From NCBI GenBank assembly GCA_023663025.1, contig JAMPIC010000005.1:13735-77734 (forward strand): a stretch of 64,000 nt of DNA. The letters run 5' to 3'. The notes beneath the pieces were generated by a model. The model was given only the letters and a program-made list of their open reading frames with translations, was not told the DNA's origin and searched no databases. This DNA comes from Prevotella sp. (lineage in GTDB: Bacteria; Bacillota; Clostridia; Oscillospirales; Ruminococcaceae). The position numbers and the translations under genes were made by a program. Below, piece after piece: positions 46,148 through 55,800 of the stretch; position 1 is the stretch's first letter, and the number at the start of each line of letters is the position of its first letter.

Positions 46148-47185
46148 ATGGCAGTTTATCTGGTGGATTTTGAAAACGTTTCCTCTGCGGGAATATCGGG
46201 CATACAAAAGCTTACAAAGGAGGACAAGGTGTACATATTCTACACCGTGAACGCGGCGAATATGTCGTTCGCGGCTCATCTCAACCTGCTTTCAAGTCCC
46301 GCCGAGGTGGTGTACTACAACGTCGCCAGCGGCGGCAAAAACGCGCTGGACTTCCAGCTTGCAAGCTTTTTGGGATACCTTATATGTCAGGGCAGGGAGA
46401 AAAAATTCTGCATAATCAGCAACGACCGGGGCTTCGAGTACGTCAAGACTTTTTGGGAAAGGAACGGCATTGCGGCGGATATTTCCATATTCGGCTCACC
46501 GTCCATAAACCGCTCTCTGCTTGCGGCGGAGAAGCCTTACACGGCCCGTATCCAGCAGAACGCGGCAGCTCCGGCGGCGCAGGCGTCTGCGATGCCGGCG
46601 GCTGCGGTTCAAATTCCGGCGGAAACGGCTGCGGATAATGCCGCCGACGGTGAAAAGTCCGAAGCGGAGGTTTCCGAGACTGCGGCGGAAGCAAGGGACG
46701 TTCCCGAAGTTACGGAAGCGGAGCAGGCAGCGGAAAAACCCGCTCCGAAAAAGCGCGGCAGACCGAGAAGCGTCCCCAAGCAGGAAAAGCGGGAAACCGT
46801 ACAGGAAATCAAGTCCGAAGCGGAAACTCCCGCAGCGGAAGAACCTGCGGAACAGCCGAAACAAACCAAACGAACCCCAAGGCAGCCGGGGCGGACAAGG
46901 CAGTCCCCAAAAGAACCCGCGCCGAAGCAGACGGCTGAAGAAAGCGCTCCCAAGCCCGCCGACGTCGCGGGAGAAATTCCCGCAGCTCTGAAAAGCTCGC
47001 TGTCAAAGGCGGGGATCATCGACGACGCCGAGATCAGAAACGTTCTCGGTCTGCTGAAAAGCTCCGAGGGCAAGCAGCAGTTCTACCGCGGCATATTGAA
47101 ATTTTTCGGCATGGAACGGGGCGTTGAGGTGTACAAGGCGGTGCGCCCCGAGTATACTAATTTGACAAAGCTTATCAAGCAGTAA
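46148..47185 (+). CDS. PIN/NYN-like domain protein with a long A/P/E/K-rich disordered linker and a small C-terminal helical domain
   Basis: N-terminus MAVYLVDFENVSSAGISG...VYIFYT...NALDFQLASFLGYLI...ISNDRGF, then about 150 low-complexity residues, then a C-terminal ...GIIDDAEIRNVLGLLKSSEGKQQFYRGILKFFG. Confidence 0.5.
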   Translation: MAVYLVDFENVSSAGISGIQKLTKEDKVYIFYTVNAANMSFAAHLNLLSSPAEVVYYNVASGGKNALDFQLASFLGYLICQGREKKFCIISNDRGFEYVKTFWERNGIAADISIFGSPSINRSLLAAEKPYTARIQQNAAAPAAQASAMPAAAVQIPAETAADNAADGEKSEAEVSETAAEARDVPEVTEAEQAAEKPAPKKRGRPRSVPKQEKRETVQEIKSEAETPAAEEPAEQPKQTKRTPRQPGRTRQSPKEPAPKQTAEESAPKPADVAGEIPAALKSSLSKAGIIDDAEIRNVLGLLKSSEGKQQFYRGILKFFGMERGVEVYKAVRPEYTNLTKLIKQ

Positions 47186-47263
47186 GACTATATTTTGGTT
47201 AAAATATACAGATTTTTCGGGAAATTTTCGTCAGGAAAGTTTCCCGAAAATTTATCCGCACAC

Positions 47264-47292
47264 TTGCTATTAAACGTTTAACGTGATATAAT
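47264..47292 (+). promoter_or_regulatory. Promoter of the cellobiose phosphorylase gene with an embedded palindromic operator
   Basis: -35 TTGCTA (47264-47269), a 17-nt spacer, extended -10 TGaTATAAT (-10 at 47287-47292). The spacer contains the perfect 12-bp palindrome TTAAACGTTTAA (47270-47281). Confidence 0.55.
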
Positions 47293-47369
47293 AAGTCTAA
47301 ATGGTTCGGTTTGCGGCAGGATATTTCAGCCGCCAAAACCGTCGCAAGAAGAAAGGATGGTTTTTTCAG

Positions 47370-49844
47370 ATGAAATTCGGTTTCTATGACGACGCTAACA
47401 AGGAGTATGTTATCACTTCCCCGCAAACCCCTTATCCGTGGATAAACTACCTCGGCACGCAGGACTTTTTCGGACTTATCTCAAACACCGCAGGCGGCTA
47501 TAACTTCTACAAGGACGCACGTCTCGCACGTATCACGCGCTACCGCTACAACAACGTTCCCGCCGACGCGGGGGGACGGTATTTCTACATAAACGACAAC
47601 GGCACTGTGTGGAACCCCGGCTGGTCTCCCGTTAAGACCGACCTTGACGAGTACAAGTGCCGCCACGGTATGGGCTACACTATTATAAAAGGCAAAAAGA
47701 ACGACCTTTCCGCAGAGGTGACTTTCTTTGTACCAAACAATTTCAAGGGCGAGGTGCAGAAAGTCGTGCTCAAAAACGAGGGCGGCGCGGCTAAGACTTT
47801 CAAGCTGTTCTCCTTTATCGAGTGGTGTCTTTGGGACGCGCAGGACGACTCCACAAACTTCCAAAGAAATTTTAATACCGGCGAGGTTGAGCTGGAGAAA
47901 AACGGCGCGGTCATCTACCACAAAACCGAATACAAGGAAAGGCGCAACCATTTTGCGTTCTACGCGGTAAACGACGCGGTGGACGGCTACGACACCGACC
48001 GTGAGACGTTTATGGGCGATATTTACCACGATTTCCACAACCCGAAAACCGTTATGGAGGGAAAGCCTGCCAATTCCGTTGCGGACGGTTGGTCGCCCGT
48101 GGCTTCCCACTACAAGGAAATTACCCTTGCGGCGGGCGAGGAGAAAACTCTTGTTTTCATTCTCGGCTACGTTGAGAACCCCTACCCCGAAAAATTCAAC
48201 GCCGACGGAACAATGAACAAGTCCCAAGCGTATGAGATGATGAAGAAGTTCGATACCGCCGAAAAAGCGGACGCGGCTCTCGCGGAGCTTCGGAAGGACT
48301 GGGACGAGCTTCTTGCAAAATACACACTTACGTCCCCCGACGAAAAGCTCAACAGGCAGGTCAACATCTGGAACCAGTATCAGTGTATGGTTACGTTCAA
48401 TATGTCCCGCTCCGCTTCGTATTTTGAAAGCGGCATAGGCAGGGGTATGGGCTTCCGTGACTCCAATCAGGACTTGCTGGGCTTTGTACACCAAATCCCC
48501 GAACGCGCGAGGGAGAGAATACTCGACATTGCCGCCACACAGCTTGAGGACGGCGGCAACTACCACCAGTACCAGCCCCTTACCAAAAAGGGCAACGACG
48601 CTGCGGGAACGAATTTCAACGACGACCCGCTGTGGATGATTTTGTCCACCGCCGCCTATATCAAGGAAACGGGCGATTACGACATTCTCAAAGAGCAGGT
48701 GGACTACAAAAACGACCCCGCTTTGGCGCAGCCCCTGCTCGACCACCTGAAGAGAAGCTTCTACCATGTTGTGAACAATAAAGGACCTCACGGCTTGCCC
48801 CTTATCGGACGTGCCGACTGGAACGACTGCCTTAACCTGAACTGCTTCTCCCGCGTACCGGGCGAGAGTTTCCAGAATACGGCAAGCAACATTGCCAAAG
48901 AGGTAAACCCCGAAACGGGTGCGCCCCTGAACGAGGAGACTGCCGAGTCCGTGATGATCGCGGGTATGTTCACCTATATCGGACCGGAGTATGTGGAGCT
49001 TTGCCGCAGAATGGGCGACAACGCCGAAGCCGACAAGGCGCAGGCTGAAATCGACAAGATGAAAGAGGCTATCGTCAAGTACGGCTGGGACGGCGAGTGG
49101 TTCTTGCGCGCGTATGACGCTTACGGCAAGAAAGTCGGCTCCAACGAAAACAAAGAGGGCAAGATTTTCATTGAGCCTCAAGGTTTCTGCGTTATGTCCG
49201 ACGTGGGCGGAAAAGAGTTCACCGAAAAGACCATGGCAAGCATCGACAAGTATCTGGGCACGAAGCATGGTCTGGTGTTAAACAACCCCGCCTTTACAAG
49301 CTATATCGTTGAGTACGGCGAGATTTCCACCTACCCCGGCGGATATAAGGAAAACGCGGGAATTTTCTGCCACAACAACGCTTGGATTATGTGCGCCGCC
49401 GCACACGCGGGTATGGGCGACACGGCGTTCGACTACTACACAAGGATCGCCCCCGCTTATCAGGAGGACGAGAAACTCCACCGCACCGAGCCCTACGTTT
49501 ACGCACAGATGATTGCGGGCAAGGACGCAAAGCGTTTCGGCGAGGCGAAAAACAGCTGGCTGACGGGTACTGCCGCTTGGAATTTTGTGGCAATTTCCCA
49601 GTACATTCTGGGTATCATTCCCGACTACAGCGGACTGAAAATCGACCCGTCCATACCTAAGGCTTGGGACGGCTACACGGTTTCCCGTTTCTACCGCGGC
49701 GCGACCTACAACATCAAAATCGAGAACCCGAACCACGTTTCCAAGGGTATCAAGTCCGTTACCGTTGACGGCAAGGAGATCGAGGGTAATGTTCTTCCCG
49801 TATTCGAGGGCGGCGTTCACGAAGTTGTGGCTGTTATGGGTTAA
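47370..49844 (+). CDS. Cellobiose phosphorylase (GH94)
   Basis: [29 protein letters not shown] is the characteristic cellobiose phosphorylase N-terminus. At 824 aa it matches the cellobiose rather than the cellodextrin enzyme. It also has the [10 protein letters not shown] and RADWND motifs. Confidence 0.9.
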   Translation: MKFGFYDDANKEYVITSPQTPYPWINYLGTQDFFGLISNTAGGYNFYKDARLARITRYRYNNVPADAGGRYFYINDNGTVWNPGWSPVKTDLDEYKCRHGMGYTIIKGKKNDLSAEVTFFVPNNFKGEVQKVVLKNEGGAAKTFKLFSFIEWCLWDAQDDSTNFQRNFNTGEVELEKNGAVIYHKTEYKERRNHFAFYAVNDAVDGYDTDRETFMGDIYHDFHNPKTVMEGKPANSVADGWSPVASHYKEITLAAGEEKTLVFILGYVENPYPEKFNADGTMNKSQAYEMMKKFDTAEKADAALAELRKDWDELLAKYTLTSPDEKLNRQVNIWNQYQCMVTFNMSRSASYFESGIGRGMGFRDSNQDLLGFVHQIPERARERILDIAATQLEDGGNYHQYQPLTKKGNDAAGTNFNDDPLWMILSTAAYIKETGDYDILKEQVDYKNDPALAQPLLDHLKRSFYHVVNNKGPHGLPLIGRADWNDCLNLNCFSRVPGESFQNTASNIAKEVNPETGAPLNEETAESVMIAGMFTYIGPEYVELCRRMGDNAEADKAQAEIDKMKEAIVKYGWDGEWFLRAYDAYGKKVGSNENKEGKIFIEPQGFCVMSDVGGKEFTEKTMASIDKYLGTKHGLVLNNPAFTSYIVEYGEISTYPGGYKENAGIFCHNNAWIMCAAAHAGMGDTAFDYYTRIAPAYQEDEKLHRTEPYVYAQMIAGKDAKRFGEAKNSWLTGTAAWNFVAISQYILGIIPDYSGLKIDPSIPKAWDGYTVSRFYRGATYNIKIENPNHVSKGIKSVTVDGKEIEGNVLPVFEGGVHEVVAVMG

Positions 49845-49870
49845 TTTATTCAAAGTATAAATGCAATAAG

Positions 49871-49917
49871 GTATACACCGTCCGTCCTCTCAATAAACAG
49901 AGGGCGGACGGGTGTAC
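49871..49917 (+). terminator. GC-rich hairpin terminator after the GH94 gene
   Basis: ACACCGTCCGTCCTCT-caataaac-AGAGGGCGGACGGGTGT. The trailing T-tract is weak (tgtataatttt). Confidence 0.55.
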
Positions 49918-49948
49918 TGTATAATTTTGCAAAAAAGGAGAATTTTTT

Positions 49949-49987
49949 ATGAAAAATAATCATGTAAGCACGCCGATTGCAGACTGA
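49949..49987 (+). CDS. 12-codon upstream ORF (candidate leader peptide)
   Basis: ATG AAA AAT AAT CAT GTA AGC ACG CCG ATT GCA GAC TGA (MKNNHVSTPIAD). There is a strong AAAGGAG 8 nt upstream and a TATAAT at 49919-49924. Confidence 0.3.
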   Translation: MKNNHVSTPIAD

Positions 49988-50019
49988 CCGGGAGGTTAGT
50001 TTTGCAGCAGCCTCCCGAA

Positions 50020-50120
50020 AAGGTCTTTGGAAGAAACAGTACGAAAGTATTGTTACCCGTGGGAGCATTTTCCTCTTATTGGTAAAGTATGCCTATAAGG
50101 GTAAAGGCTCAGCCTTTTTT
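50020..50120 (+). repeat. Structured intergenic repeat, copy C (functional strand plus), ending in a terminator-like hairpin with a T7 tract
   Basis: ...aacagtacgaaagtattgttacccgtgggagcattttCCtCTTAttggtaaagtatgcctaTAAGGGtAAAGGCtcaGCCTTTTTTTgg. This is the reverse complement of copies A, B and D and lies 14 nt upstream of the RNHCP gene start. Confidence 0.6.
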
Positions 50121-50133
50121 TGGAGGAATTTCA

Positions 50134-50568
50134 GTGAACAGAGAAAACAAAAGAAAAGCATACGAAAAGGGTTACTATAAAAGCCACCCCTGCAAGGACG
50201 TTTTTACCTGCAAAGTCTGCGGACGACAGGTCGTCTCCGAGGGGGCGGGAAGCGAACACAGAAACCATTGCCCAAACTGCCTGTCAAGTCTGCACGTTGA
50301 CAACGAGCCGGGGGACAGGTCGTCCGACTGCGGCGGAATAATGGAGCCTGTGGCGGTGTGGATTAAAAAGGGCGGCGAGTGGTCGGTGGTACACCGCTGC
50401 AAACGCTGCGGGAAGTTCACCGCAAACCGCACAGCCGCCGACGATAACCCCGTGAAACTAATGTCAATCGCAATGAAGCCGCTGGCGAACCCGCCGTTCC
50501 CCATAGAGTTCCTGGAGGAGCTTACGGAGCAGATGGGCGGCGGTTCGATACCGAACGTCGGGGAGTAG
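50134..50568 (+). CDS. RNHCP-domain zinc-ribbon protein
   Basis: FTCKVCGRQV...EHRNHCPNCLSSLHVD...CGG...HRCKRCG contains the RNHCP motif and paired CxxC motifs. GTG start at 50134 with GGAGG 7 nt upstream. Confidence 0.75.
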   Translation: MNRENKRKAYEKGYYKSHPCKDVFTCKVCGRQVVSEGAGSEHRNHCPNCLSSLHVDNEPGDRSSDCGGIMEPVAVWIKKGGEWSVVHRCKRCGKFTANRTAADDNPVKLMSIAMKPLANPPFPIEFLEELTEQMGGGSIPNVGE

Positions 50569-50701
50569 GCTTACCTATATGCAATAAAAAACCGGAGCAA
50601 AGCCGTTAAAAAGTTGTGGCTTTTGCGCCGGTTTTTTGCGTTTTCAATCGCATATCTGTCTATGTCAATTCCGCAAAAAACAAATTTCAACAGGCGGGAA
50701 C

Positions 50702-50795
50702 AAAGACTGAGCCTTTACCCTTTTAGACGCAATATGTTAAAAAGGGTAAATTGTTCCCATGTGTAACAATACTTCCGTAACACTGCCTATCTAAG
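50702..50795 (-). repeat. Structured intergenic repeat, copy B
   Basis: The plus strand reads AAAGACtgaGCCTTTaCCCTTTTagacgcaatatgttaAAAAGGGtaaattgttcccatgtgtaacaatacttccgtaacactgcc. It begins about 9 nt after the stop of the minus-strand histidine kinase gene. Confidence 0.6.
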
Positions 50796-50803
50796 TCCCC
50801 GCC

Positions 50804-52438
50804 CTATGCTTTTACGGGTATCTTTATCACCGCGCTGAACCCTATCCCCTCCCCCGACCTGAACACTGCCGTTCCGCCGAGAGCTTCCGTCCTTTCGGTT
50901 ATGCCTTTCAGACCGTCGTGAGCGGTTATTTCCGCGCAGCCCCTGCCGTTGTCGAACACATACAGCTCCATAGACGTTCCGAGAAATTTTATGATAACGT
51001 CTATCCTGTCCGCACCCGAATACCTTACCGCATTGGTGATAAGCTCCCGAAAGCTGCTGTACACGCTCTGCACGCAGAACGCGTAGCTGCTGTCCTCCGC
51101 GCCCTGCGCGCACACTTTGACGCTTATGTCCCTCACCGCGTTCGCAACCGTCCTTACGGCGGCGGTGACGGTAGTCATAAAGCTGTCCTCCCGCAGGTCG
51201 TTTATTGAGCACCTCAGCTGGGTAAGTCCCCCTCTTGCCAGCGATTCCGTCTGCTCGGCGAAATCAAGCAGCTCCTCCGCTTCGGGCACAGCCCGTATAT
51301 TGGCGATACGCGACTTTGACAGCTTTGCGAGGGAGCTTATCATCGTAAAGGTATGCCCCGCAGTGTCGTGTACCTCTTGGGCTATCCTGTTCCGCTCCTG
51401 CTCCAGAGCCAGCTTCTGCCGCGCGAGAGCAAGCTCGTCGTTTTTTTCGATAAGCTGATAGTAACGGGATATATCTGAAATGATTATCAGCCGCGCTATC
51501 GGTATGCCGTTTCCGTTGCGGCAGAAATAGTGCTTTATGCCGTACACAATCCCGTCTTTTTCGATTTCCGCGCGGTCGAAGCTTTCGCTTATCCTTTTGC
51601 CGTTGAGTTCGGAAATATACTCCATAAAAGAAGCAAGGTCGGTTTTTGCGGTAATGCCCAGCTGCTTTTTCGCCATACCGTTGATGTAGGAAATACGCCC
51701 GCGCCTGTTGAAAACCGCCACGCCCTCCTCAATGGAGTTGAACGCGTCCTCAAAGGCGATCTCGTTCACGTTCAGAAAACCGTAACGGTATGTCGCGAGA
51801 AGCACCAGTATACCCGACAAAACAAAGGATACGGGGGTCAGCGCAAAGTCAAGGGTTATCACGTCCGCAAGGGTGAGCAGGTTTATCGTCAGGGGTACGG
51901 CGGTACTTAACGTCAGCAGCACTGCCTGTCCCCGCGAACGTTCTTTTATCTCAAAGCATTTTTTGCAGATAAGGACAATGCCCGCAAGCATAACCGTATA
52001 TGTATACACCTGTAAAACGTAGAAAAGCGGACCGTGTACGATCCTATCCGCCGAAAATTCGGAGTAGTAAAGCCGGTGCAGCGGATTTGCCGCCGCGCAT
52101 ACAAACATAACGGCGGAAAAGGTCAGAGTTTCGATAACAAGGGGTTTTGAAAGCTCCCTGTCCATATAGCTCACAGCGAACAGCAGCCAGCAGCTCCCAA
52201 GAAAGCTGATACCGAGGTTGCCCACGGCGTAGCTTACGGCAAGCTGACGTTCGCTTTCCGAAAAGATTATCATAAGCTGGGAGACTATCCAAAGGAGCTG
52301 CGAAAGCAGGCAGCAGACGAAAAGGAACGTCACCCTGCTGCGGCTGCCCCCGAAAGCGAGCCACAGTATCAGCCCGCACACCGTAAAAAGAGCCGCCAGC
52401 AGCATTCCCGTTATTACGGGCAGCAATTCTGTATTCAT
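50804..52438 (-). CDS. Sensor histidine kinase (N-terminal 7TM domain, PAS-like, HisKA_3, HATPase_c); no cognate response regulator adjacent
   Basis: Seven N-terminal TM helices, the H-box QERNRIAQEVHDTAGHTFTMI (HisKA_3, the NarL/LuxR-partner type), and N and G boxes (ELITNAVRYSGA, DNGRG, GLKGITER). Confidence 0.85.
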   Translation of the reverse strand: MNTELLPVITGMLLAALFTVCGLILWLAFGGSRSRVTFLFVCCLLSQLLWIVSQLMIIFSESERQLAVSYAVGNLGISFLGSCWLLFAVSYMDRELSKPLVIETLTFSAVMFVCAAANPLHRLYYSEFSADRIVHGPLFYVLQVYTYTVMLAGIVLICKKCFEIKERSRGQAVLLTLSTAVPLTINLLTLADVITLDFALTPVSFVLSGILVLLATYRYGFLNVNEIAFEDAFNSIEEGVAVFNRRGRISYINGMAKKQLGITAKTDLASFMEYISELNGKRISESFDRAEIEKDGIVYGIKHYFCRNGNGIPIARLIIISDISRYYQLIEKNDELALARQKLALEQERNRIAQEVHDTAGHTFTMISSLAKLSKSRIANIRAVPEAEELLDFAEQTESLARGGLTQLRCSINDLREDSFMTTVTAAVRTVANAVRDISVKVCAQGAEDSSYAFCVQSVYSSFRELITNAVRYSGADRIDVIIKFLGTSMELYVFDNGRGCAEITAHDGLKGITERTEALGGTAVFRSGEGIGFSAVIKIPVKA

Positions 52439-52644
52439 ATGTATATTTTCCTTTCGGGTTTTATTGCAATTTTACTTTTATTTTACAGTATTTTGGGGGA
52501 AAAATCAACAGTAATTTACAACTTTCCTCTTGCTTATTGCTCCTGCAAAAACGTTATTTTACAAGCTTGCTGCAAACAGTAAAGAGCCGCCGTTTAAGTT
52601 ATACGCGTATTATGAATAGGACAATTGTTAACAAATTAAGACGC

Positions 52645-52787
52645 TTTTCACATTTTTCACACTGCATAATCGCAAATTTGGTTCTATACCTTGATTTGAA
52701 GGACTGTGAAAAATGTGAAGCAAAAATGTAAGGTTCTCTAAAAAAGTTTTCTCGATTGCTTACATAAACTTTTCACATTTTTCACAG
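52645..52787. promoter_or_regulatory. Three copies of a TTCACATTTTTCACA motif (two direct, one inverted)
   Basis: Copies at 52645-52662 (ttttcacatttttcacac), 52694-52710 (ctgtgaaaaatgtgaag, inverted) and 52768-52787 (acttttcacatttttcacag), in the 406-bp gap upstream of the kinase gene. Confidence 0.4.
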
Positions 52788-52844
52788 ATTTAAAAATTGC
52801 CATAAAAATTCCTTGCTTCTTGCCTCTTAACCTCTTGCCTCCGG

Positions 52845-55800
52845 TCACCATTTCCAATCCTCGAAAAATCTTCCCGCCTTTTCTTTAAGCTCCTTGCCCT
52901 TGCGGACAAAATACTCGTTCGCCGCGGATACCGCTATAAGGATGAGACCAACGGCAAGGAGGTATATCCACCAGTCTATCATTGTGAAAAAGTCCCTGAA
53001 CATATAGACCGTCAGACCGAGAAGCGATACCGACGACACCGCGAACCAGCGTTTTTTCTTCGAGATAAAGGAGTAAAGCAGTATTGCCGCCGATACTCCC
53101 AAAACCGTAAGAGTGTTGAAAAGATTTTGGTGTACAAGCGCGTCTATGACAAGGCTGACAAAGCATATGCCGTATACCGCCGAGGAAAAGTTTTCCGACA
53201 GCGAGGGGTATTTTGCCCAGATTTTGGAAAAGGCAAAACCGAAGCCGCAGATTATCAGCAGGGTTATTTTCGGCGAAATATTGCCGCTTATCAGCAAGAA
53301 AGGTCTGAATATGAAAGCGAGAGTGAGAAGTCCGCTTGCGGCGGTGAGGGCGGCGCGGTTGAAGTCCCCACTATGCTCCCTGCGGACGAGATTGGCGGCA
53401 AAGACAGCAAGTATGACAAGTACCGCGAACGCCGTTACTCTGCCGTTTTCCGAGCGTATCATGGGCAGGGCGAGAAGTATCCCCGAACAGCAAGTATCAA
53501 GCTTGAACCGCCCGTTTTCGCGGTCAAGGAAACGTCCGCCGTAAAATATTCTCGAAGCCGCAAGAGAAGCTGCCGCGAATATTGCCGCCAGTAAAAGGGA
53601 TATGTTGAATTCCGTTTGGTACGACGCAGTTTCCGCAATACGGTACATCACCGCCGCCGTTCCCGCCATAGTAACCAGCGAGGGCAGATTGTTCCCGCAT
53701 TTGCAGAACAGAACGGTCAGCAAAACGCTTACCGCGAGGAGAAGCAGCATCATACCGTGTACCTCGGAAGCCGCGCCGATAAAAAGCATTGCCGCCGCCG
53801 TAAAGGCAAAGGAGTAAAAGGTTTTGTTCCCGCCTTTTATTTTGAAAATCACCGCTGCCGCCGCCGCAAGGACAGCCGCGTTTAACGCCGCCATATCGGC
53901 GAAAAGGCTTGAAAAGCTGTAGTATGCAAAGGTCAGAACCATTCCCGACGCGGGAAGAGGGAGAAGAATTTTAAATATTTCCGATAATTTGCTTTCTTTT
54001 TCTGCGGACTTTATCAGCATTGCCGCACCCAAAAGCGCGAAGCCGATTATGCCGAAAATATTGTGTTCAGCCGCGCAGGCAATTGCCGAAACCGTCAGAG
54101 CCGCAGGAAGATAAATGTCGGAAAATAAAGTCCGCAGGGGCTTTGCGAAATGGTGCGCGAGGGTAAGTGCAAACAGCATACACACAAGCAGAAATTCGGG
54201 GGCGGCAATACGCCATTCCTCTGCGGCACAGCAAAGATTGAACGCCGCAATACCGGCGAGGAAGCATTCCGCCGCCTTTAGCGGACTGTTGTTATTCCGC
54301 ACGCCTCTGACTGCGGTGTAGCCTATATAAAGCAGCGCGGTCAGGAAGCAGTAAATATTCCAGTCACCGAAATTGCCCAGCATAATTCCCGCCGCCGGAA
54401 TTGCAGCAGCTATGTTGAAGATTATGTCAACGGAATTTACAGTTTTATCCCACCTTTCGGGGAGCTTCAGAAACGCAAGGCAAACCGCCGCAGAGTACAA
54501 AGCTCCGTATGCCGCAAAAATCAAAACAAACAATTCAGCTGTTTCAATTTTTTTGTAAATAATTATAAGCGGAATTACAATTGCAATAAACTGTGAAACC
54601 GCCGCCCAGCGGGCTTTGGAGTATTCCCCATGCTTTAAGAACGCCATTGCCGTGACTGCAGCCGCATAGGCGATATAAATTCCCGCCGAAACATAAAATT
54701 GATAAGTCCACTCGCTATAGAAAAGCATTTGCGGAATTGTAAAAACCGCTCCCAATAAACCGAGAATGCAAGAAAAAACTTTGAGGGAAATTTCCCAGTT
54801 TTCCGGTTTTTTTATCTTGAAAGTGTGTACAAAATTTAAGTATGCAACAGCAAAAATTGTCAGGTACAGCATAAAGTCAACGCTGTTTTCCGCAAGCTGA
54901 GCAAGGGTGAGTACCGCGAAAAATATACCGGCAAGCTGGGACAGTACCGCCCAGCGGCATTTGGAATACTCGGCGTGACTGCGGTACGCAGCCGCCGTGA
55001 TGACCGCCGCTTGCAGAATATAAAGCAGAGAAACGGTATAGCAGGACGCGTCCCAATTTCCGAAACTGTCAATAAATGTGAACGCCGTACAGAAAACGCT
55101 TATCAGCCCGAGCAAAGCCGACGTTACGTCCGCGGCGGTTTTCCAGTTTTCGGGAAGTCTCGAACGGGCGGTATAAACAGCGTTCACAAACACAAGAAGC
55201 ATAACCGTAAGGCATAACGCGGCGGATGCCATGCTTGCGGAAAGCTCCGCGACGAGCATTACCGAAAAGGCGAGACCCGTAAACATCGAGGCAAAGGCTG
55301 AGGGCGTTTCGCCGTACCGCTCATGCCCGCGAACCGCCATTATGCCGACCGCAAAGGAGGATACAATGTATACTCCCGCCGCCGCGAAGCAAACGCCGTT
55401 CCAATCGCCGAAATTCCTCATAAGGACGTAAAACGCCGATATTACGCCGACCGCGTTCAGAACAAAGGCTGTCGTTTTTACGGGAACGTTCCAATCCTCG
55501 GGTACGGAAAGTCCGAACGTGAACATTCCGAGAGCGAACAGTATACCGAAAACAGCTGCGGAAAGAGCGAATACCTCCGCGCTTGCGGACAGCTTAAACA
55601 TAGCGAGCAGCGCGAAAAACGCTCCCGACGAGAGAGAGGATACCGCCGCAGGACGAGTCTTATATACGCGGCGACCCTTAAATCCCATAACAGCCGCCGC
55701 GATACTGCGTATCACGAAAACAGCCGCTGCCGCGTAAAACATCGGGGAACTGCCGAAAGCCGCGCTTACCCCGCCAAGCAGGGCAACGGCATTCATAACG

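Noticed and set aside
46384-47073. Multiple 65-156 aa ORFs in all frames across the folC-downstream gene.
   Set aside because: They are confined to the low-complexity A/P/E/K-coding linker of the PIN/NYN-like gene and are Arg/Ser/Pro-rich frame shadows.
47481-49268. A 595-aa ORF on the minus strand. Similar long antisense ORFs occur at 55323-56885 (+), 37059-38270 (-), 33357-34247 (-), 24070-24969 (+), 43124-43957 (+), 57481-58572 (-), 58621-59673 (-), 11045-11947 (-) and 22153-22953 (+).
   Set aside because: Each lies entirely inside, and antisense to or out of frame with, a gene that has unmistakable family motifs (GH94, the membrane protein, MetA, GH2, SDR, MalQ, SleC, NfnB). Their translations are Arg/Gly/Val-rich with no motifs and no RBS. 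These are shadow ORFs typical of GC-biased codon usage.
49975-50800. The inverted repeat pair around the RNHCP gene, considered as a composite transposon or MITE-flanked cassette.
   Set aside because: I do not reject it outright, but I do not call it a mobile element. There is no transposase and I could see no target-site duplication. The other two copies are solitary and 3'-UTR-like, so an RNA-level role fits better.
52537-52731. A 64-aa ORF in the kinase upstream region.
   Set aside because: It has no RBS and an AT-rich, low-information translation, and it spans two of the TTCACA motif copies. I treat the region as regulatory DNA instead.
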